Assembly: GCA_965224245.1 (NCBI GenBank)
Contig: OZ245046.1
Location: forward strand, 3,712,001 to 3,776,000
From: Candidatus Eiseniibacteriota bacterium
GTDB lineage: Bacteria; Eisenbacteria; RBG-16-71-46; CAZAMP01
DNA: 64,000 nucleotides
Direction of reading: 5' to 3'
Part shown: in pieces, positions 59,701-64,000 of the stretch
Layout of the letters: each line of letters opens with the position of its first letter
Numbering within the stretch: the first letter of the stretch is position 1
The notes under the pieces: generated by a model
What the model saw: only the letters and a program-made list of their open reading frames with translations
Told to the model about the DNA's origin: nothing
Databases searched by the model: none
Translations under genes and position numbers: made by a program

Positions 59701-60180
59701 ACGCCGATCACCACCGACGTCGAGGCGTACCTGTCCGACGACTACGTGCCCGACCGGGCGCTGAAGGTGCGTCTCTACAAGGCGCTGGCCGACACCTCGG
59801 AACTGAGCGAGATCGACGAGATCGAGGCGGAGCTGCGCGACCGGTTCGGTCCGTTGCCCGAGGCCGGGCAGTGGCTCGTGGACCTCCGGCGCGTGCGCCT
59901 CGTGGGCACGGCGCTCGGCGCGTCGGCGATCGTCTTGCGGAAGGGTCTCTTCGAGGTCACGTTCGAGCGGGAGATGACGCGCGAGGAGGTGCGCGCGCTC
60001 CTGTCGGCGACGAACGTGCCCGTGGAGTTCAGCGCGACGGGGAGCCACGGGTTCCGGATCAGCCGGTTCCGGGAGGGATCACCGGCGGAGGCGCTACGGC
60101 TGTTGCGGGCGGTGGCCGCGGTCGCGACGGCCGCCGGCGAGGGCTCGTCGGCGGCGACGGTCGGCGCGGACCACCCGTGA
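56701..60180 (+). CDS. mfd: Transcription-repair coupling factor
   Basis: RRGGIVD, GDYVVHIEHGIG, FPYDETPDQ, CGDVGFGKTEVA, DEEQRFGV, TATPIPRT, QLRGRVGRS, DLEIRGAGNMLG. Confidence 0.98.
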   Translation: MTQSTRDHILARAADDPGFRRLRKLVRASGESILLAGARGGSRSIGVALSIRETERPHLVITQDLPRAQSLRQDLTYLLDDVPVELFPEIDIGVYTHGIAGMGVRAARLEALSALAKGSLRVLVAPLEAVLLRVPRPAHVERHQLTLAVGTETPLDDILVALDDLGYQHRPMVEEHGDYSRRGGIVDFYSFGQDNPIRIELDGDEVASIRAFDVGTQRSVATMDAITVLPTDEIRLTVAELEEARERLEGLHPEGAEGADRLIDDLASRRDVEGANWLGGLFPDHLGTLFDYFPDDTLVVVDGPKTLLDTIDGHESDYRQSYDDEVNRGRFFAAPEANFLFRQDFTTRLIRFDQLILPGPTDEKDRGVGKAGLTGVAVNSLPSEGFGRNMNLLRESVDAHRKASRDVYILCESDAHRERLDELLEDNPAHVDVGSLGEGFTLPDVGFAVIVDHEIWGRQRRSRQRSRRFKRGLLPQELQSLKPGDYVVHIEHGIGTYRGVEHLDLGGHVTDCLLIEYARGDKLYVPADQLDLIQRYSAGEGAKPTVNTIGGTGWQKLKSRVKKRIKIMAEELIQTYAKRRAHPGHAFAPDTGWQYEMEAAFPYDETPDQLSAIADVKKDMESSRPMDRLVCGDVGFGKTEVAIRAAFKAVMDGKQVAILVPTTLLAEQHLETFQERMKSFPIKIDMMSRFRTTRQLAATAELVATGKVDVLIGTHRILSKDVNFKDLGLLVIDEEQRFGVRHKEVLKKLRSQVDVLTLTATPIPRTLHMSLMGARDMSTINTPPRDRLPVHTEIVNFGEDVIVESLLGEADRGGQAFFVHNRVQTIQEMGIYLSKLVPELRIGIAHGQMPERQIERIMLDFHARKYDVLLTTMIIESGLDIPSVNTILINRADAFGLGQLYQLRGRVGRSARKAHAFLLVPRDQALTETAQKRLRVIDELEELGSGFQLAMRDLEIRGAGNMLGGEQSGFIVNVGFDMYCRLLDEAVRELKGLPLEDGQKTPITTDVEAYLSDDYVPDRALKVRLYKALADTSELSEIDEIEAELRDRFGPLPEAGQWLVDLRRVRLVGTALGASAIVLRKGLFEVTFEREMTREEVRALLSATNVPVEFSATGSHGFRISRFREGSPAEALRLLRAVAAVATAAGEGSSAATVGADHP

Positions 60181-60242
60181 TCGCACCGGAGTGCGGGCGG
60201 CTGCACGCGTAGGATCCGCATTGCTTCGGAGACGGTGGCGCC

Positions 60243-61403
60243 TCACACGAGCTGATCGATCGAAGTCCACGGGATCGCTTGCACGCCCGGCGCCAGCCCC
60301 CCGCCGGGGACGGCGGACGTCACGGGTCGATGAACGACGGCAGCCGATACGTCGTACCGCTCCACCACCCTCGACAGCGTGGCGATCGGCTTCGCCATGC
60401 TCGGTGTCGGCGTCCGAGTCGCCTTCGCCTCGACAAGCGACAGCCCCGTCGCACCATGCGGGATCACGAAATCGACCTCGAGTCCCTGCCGGTCGCGAAA
60501 GTGGTAGATCGCCCGTGCCCGACCCGAGTGAATCTGCGATTTCACGATCTCCGACGCGACCAACCCCTCGAAGAGCGGCCCCAGGAACGGTGAGCGCTCG
60601 AGTATTTCATCCGAATCGATCCCGAGCAGGTGCGCGGCGAGGCCCGAGTCGGCGAAGTAGAGCTTGGGTGCTTTCGTGATTCGCTTGCCGAAGTTCTCGA
60701 AGAACGGCGGCACGACGATGATCTGCGCGGTGATCTCCAGCACGCCGATCCACTCGGAGATCGTCGGCACCGACACCCCGAGCGGACCGGCGAGTGCGGT
60801 CTTGTTCAACAGCTGCCCCATGCGGGTCGCGAGGAGCGCCAGGAACCGGCGAAACGTCGCCAGGTCCTTCACGGCGAGCACCGATCGGACGTCGCGCTCG
60901 AGGTAGGTCTGTACATAGGAGCGAAACCACAGATCGCGGGTGGACGGCCGTGCGATCACCTCCGGGTAGCCGCCCCCGAGGAGTGACACCCGCGGCTGTT
61001 CCGAATGTGAGAACGGCAAGAGCTGAAAGATCGCCGCCCTGCCGGCCATGGACTCCGAGACTCCCCTCATGAGGGCCGCCTCCTGCGACCCGGTGAGAAT
61101 CCACTCCCCGGTCGTCCCGGGCGATGCGTCGATCTCGCTCCGGATGTAGTTCAGAAGCTCGGGGGTGTTCTGGATCTCGTCCAGAATCACGGGACGGGAG
61201 AGCGCGTCGAGAAAGCTCCTCGGGTCACTCCGAACCCGGTCGACGACGTCGGGATCTTCGAGCAGCACGTAGTGAGCGCTCGGCAGGCAGTGCCGGAGGA
61301 GGGTCGTCTTTCCGGATCGCCGCGGACCCGTGACGATGAGCGCGGGGAAGCCGCCAAGTGCCCTTTGCAGCTCGAGTTCGAGGCGACGACGAATGTACTT
61401 CAT
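60243..61403 (-). CDS. AAA_14 family ATP-binding protein with DUF4143 domain
   Basis: TGPRRSGKTT, ILDEIQ, LTGS, SMAGR, GGYPE, YLERD, KAPKLYFADSG, EVDFV...VEAK. Confidence 0.9.
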   Translation of the reverse strand: MKYIRRRLELELQRALGGFPALIVTGPRRSGKTTLLRHCLPSAHYVLLEDPDVVDRVRSDPRSFLDALSRPVILDEIQNTPELLNYIRSEIDASPGTTGEWILTGSQEAALMRGVSESMAGRAAIFQLLPFSHSEQPRVSLLGGGYPEVIARPSTRDLWFRSYVQTYLERDVRSVLAVKDLATFRRFLALLATRMGQLLNKTALAGPLGVSVPTISEWIGVLEITAQIIVVPPFFENFGKRITKAPKLYFADSGLAAHLLGIDSDEILERSPFLGPLFEGLVASEIVKSQIHSGRARAIYHFRDRQGLEVDFVIPHGATGLSLVEAKATRTPTPSMAKPIATLSRVVERYDVSAAVVHRPVTSAVPGGGLAPGVQAIPWTSIDQLV

Positions 61404-61404
61404 G

Positions 61405-61438
61405 TGACATTTCTAAGGTGTTACTTAAGATTTGTCAA
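61405..61438 (-). promoter_or_regulatory. Sigma70 promoter (likely leaderless) overlapped by an imperfect inverted repeat
   Basis: On the minus strand: TTGACA, 17 nt, TAGAAA, then 6 nt to the ATG. Arms TGACATTTCTAAG and CTTAAGATTTGTCA. Confidence 0.6.
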
Positions 61439-62023
61439 TACTGAACGCCGACGACTAGACGACCGGACAGGCTACGGGGCTCGTCATCTCCATGACACGG
61501 GCATCCCACGCGGGATGTGATGGTGACGGGCTGGACCCTCTGCACCGGCGGACCCGAGCAGCTCATCGAAAGCTGGCCGGCATCGGGTCCGGCATCCGGG
61601 TCGCGTGGCCCGGCGGGGAGAAACCCCCGACATGGGAGTTCGTGAAGCTCGGCTACCCTCGATTGCACCGTGCGTCGGGTTCCTCGACCAGACGCCCTCT
61701 CCGGGACAGGCATTCGCGAGGATGTTCGGCGATGGCGGTGGGGTGTACGAGATCCTGCCAGAGGGACTCGCAAGGCCGACCTGAGCGGTATCTTCGGCTT
61801 CGACGTCGGTGAGGGGGAAGGCCTGCGCGTCGTGGACCCCGGTGGAGACGGGGATCGGGGGGCGAGGCGGAGCCCCGACTCGATCGAACCGTCGTCCGCA
61901 TCCATCGCGCGCGCCACTGATGCCGGATCTCAGCGACTCGGACATGGAAACGGCCCGCTCCCCGCGTCGCAAACGGGCCGTCGAACGGGCTCGATGGAAG
62001 GGCGAGAACGCGAAGGACCGCGC

Positions 62024-62176
62024 CTACAGCTTGGCTTCCTTGAACAGCACGTGCTTGCGCGCCCGGGGATCGTACTTCTTGATCTCGATCTTGTCCGGGT
62101 GCTTCCGCTTGTCCTTCTTCGCGATGTAGAAGTAGCCGGTGCCGGCCGTCGAGACGAGCTTGATCTTCTCACGCAT
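62024..62176 (-). CDS. rpmG: 50S ribosomal protein L33 (Cys-free type); absent from the ORF track
   Basis: [50 protein letters not shown] (50 aa). Confidence 0.97.
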   Translation of the reverse strand: MREKIKLVSTAGTGYFYIAKKDKRKHPDKIEIKKYDPRARKHVLFKEAKL

Positions 62177-62185
62177 GATCGCCCC

Positions 62186-62422
62186 CTACACCTTCTCGCC
62201 GCGCGCGCGCATGTCGGAGAGCACGCGCTCGATCCCGACCTTGTCGATGATCTTGATGCCCCGCGCGCTCACGCGCAGCCGAACCCAGCGACGCTCGTTC
62301 GCGACCCAGAAGCGGCGCGACTGCAGGTTCGGCAGAAAGCGACGCTTGGTCTTGTTGTGCGCGTGCGAGACGTTGTTGCCCACACTCGGGCGCTTCCCGG
62401 TTACCTGACAGACTCTCGACAT
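62186..62422 (-). CDS. rpmB: 50S ribosomal protein L28
   Basis: [34 protein letters not shown]...RARGEKV (78 aa); GGAGGAA RBS. Confidence 0.97.
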   Translation of the reverse strand: MSRVCQVTGKRPSVGNNVSHAHNKTKRRFLPNLQSRRFWVANERRWVRLRVSARGIKIIDKVGIERVLSDMRARGEKV

Positions 62423-62688
62423 GGCTTCCTCCGCGGTCGAGTCGATCCGCTTTCGGCCGCGTGGCTCGATGGTTGGCGTGCGCTGGGCACGGACGACCTG
62501 AATCAGGGCGAGGAGTGTACACCGATCCCGCGGACGGTGTCCACGGCTGGACGCCGATCCGGCCGGGAGCCCCGCCGTTCCGCGTAAGATATTGTCATAT
62601 TGCTGTTTAGAGAGACACCCGGATACCCACACGGGCGATCCGAGCGCCGGGGTGCCCACCGGGGGCGGTGCCCGGCCAGCACCCGGCC

Positions 62689-62730
62689 GCCGCCCGGCAG
62701 CCGCCCGATCGCCGCCCGATCGCCGTCCGA
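62689..62730. repeat. Short degenerate 11-bp tandem repeat
   Basis: gccgcccggca gccgcccgatc gccgcccgatc gccgtccga. Confidence 0.45.
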
Positions 62731-62884
62731 AGACCGTTGGGGCCCCCACCGGCAACGCCTCGGCGGCCCGCGCTGGACCCACGACGCCCCGGAACCGGTG
62801 GCCGCGCGCGGAGGTTGCAAACGGATCGGACAACACGCAGAGTCGACTCGGACGGCGTCACCCCATCGGTCGAGAGGGACCTCG

Positions 62885-64000
62885 ATGAAACGGAAGCGGC
62901 GTGTTCTGACCATCCTCCTGGCGATCCCGGCAGTGCTGGTGCTGCTCATGGTCGCCGGCGTCCTCCTGATCCCCCGTGACCGCCTCGTGGAGCTGGCGCT
63001 CGATCGCGTCCGCGCGTCCACGGGACGCGAGATCGAGGTCGGGACGAAGAACGTGCGGCTCTTTCCGAACGTCGCGGTCACGCTCGGGGACGTGAGCTTC
63101 GGAGAGCGCGCCGAGCCCAACAAGCCGCGCCTGGCCGCCGACGAGATCTCGTTCGGGCTTCCCCTGAGGCCCCTCCTCCAGCGGAACGTCGTGCTCGACG
63201 GCGTCCGCATCGTGAACCCGGTGGTCGACATCGTCCTGTCCGAGACCACCGATGGAGCGGTGCCGACGCCGACCGCCCCCGAGGCCGAGGGAGCCGCCGA
63301 CGTCGCGATCCGTCAGTTCGACATCGTCGGCGGCGCGGTGCGGGTCCGCCGCGCGGACGGGACGCTCCTGGCGTCGCTCGGCGGGCTGTCCGAGCAGCTC
63401 TCGGCCACCGCGTCGCGCGCGGGCATGATCAGCCTCACCGGCACCACCACGCTGGACACGCTCCTGGTGTACCTGCCGGCCGGACGGCTGGGCGACGGGC
63501 TCTCGCTCACGCTCCAGAAGACGCTGAGCTACGACGTGGCGACCGACGTCCTCGAGCTCGACGAGGTCACGCTGAGCCTGGCCGGCGTCCCCATCGGCGT
63601 CCGGGGCCGGGTCACCGAGGTCCGCGAGAACCCGACGGCCGACCTCCGGCTCGAGGGCGGCCCGGCGGAGGTGGCGAGCCTCCTCGGCCTCGTCCCGAGT
63701 CAGCTCTTCCCGGAGATCGCCGGGGTCGAGTCTTCGGGACGCTTGGAGGTCACGGGGTTCCTGGCCGGACCGCTGCAGACGCCGGGCGGGCCGGCGTTCG
63801 ACCTCACGCTCACCCTGGACGACGGCGAGCTGCGATACCCGGGTATCGCCGACCCGATCCGGTCGATCGCGCTCGAGGCCCACGCGACGCCCACCGACAT
63901 CGCCATCCAGTCGTTCCGGGCCGAGGTGGCCACGAGCCGCATCGCCGGCCACGCCAGCATCCACGACTACCGGAACGACCCCGCGTACACGCTCGCCATC
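62885..64000 (+). CDS. AsmA-family protein, 3'-truncated by the window; absent from the ORF track
   Basis: MKRKRRVLTILLAIPAVLVLLMVAGVLLIP, then RASTGREIEVG...LFPNVAVTL...LRPLLQRNVVLDGVRIVNP. The frame appears open to the window end. Confidence 0.8.
   Translation, partial: MKRKRRVLTILLAIPAVLVLLMVAGVLLIPRDRLVELALDRVRASTGREIEVGTKNVRLFPNVAVTLGDVSFGERAEPNKPRLAADEISFGLPLRPLLQRNVVLDGVRIVNPVVDIVLSETTDGAVPTPTAPEAEGAADVAIRQFDIVGGAVRVRRADGTLLASLGGLSEQLSATASRAGMISLTGTTTLDTLLVYLPAGRLGDGLSLTLQKTLSYDVATDVLELDEVTLSLAGVPIGVRGRVTEVRENPTADLRLEGGPAEVASLLGLVPSQLFPEIAGVESSGRLEVTGFLAGPLQTPGGPAFDLTLTLDDGELRYPGIADPIRSIALEAHATPTDIAIQSFRAEVATSRIAGHASIHDYRNDPAYTLAI

Noticed and set aside
56571-60212. Very long alternative-frame and antisense ORFs over mfd (1213 aa and 1125 aa), and similar ones over the hem, kinase and LVIVD genes
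   Set aside because: These are shadow ORFs expected from high GC3 codon bias. They are Arg/Gly/Pro-rich or mirror-frame, with no motifs.
61435-62020. Short ORFs between the DUF4143 gene and rpmG; one contains GRISYTPPP, faintly like Fic-family proteins
   Set aside because: There is no Fic HPFxxGNGR motif and no convincing RBS or coherent frame. It may be a decayed gene, but I cannot support a call.
62640-62880. GC-rich intergenic region as a possible riboswitch or ncRNA
   Set aside because: No recognisable conserved RNA motif; pairing potential is expected at this GC content.

Overview
A very GC-rich, gene-dense bacterial window with about 47 coding regions. I saw no tRNA, rRNA, CRISPR array or transposase. 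Many secreted proteins end in FlgD-Ig/T9SS-like C-terminal domains, and one ends in an SWGxxKxLF tail, which suggests an FCB-related candidate lineage such as Eisenbacteria or Latescibacterota (inference). Core content: a complete, tightly coupled heme operon (hemA, fused hemC-hemD, hemB, hemL, hemE, hemN, hemH, hemY/G), mfd, rpmB-rpmG, a YhaO/YhaN (SbcCD-like) nuclease-ATPase pair, an orphan Dam-family methyltransferase, glycosyltransferases and two ECF sigma modules (one with a vWA partner, one with a Ser/Thr kinase). The most striking item is a secreted multiheme cytochrome c at 27996-29138 (-). It matches the Geobacter nanowire cytochrome OmcS motif by motif, including the His16 that links subunits, and carries an extra seventh CxxCH. 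It lies about 2 kb from the heme operon, next to two gene remnants. All family calls come from motif recognition by eye and were not checked by database search. Several start codons were re-picked relative to the ORF track.
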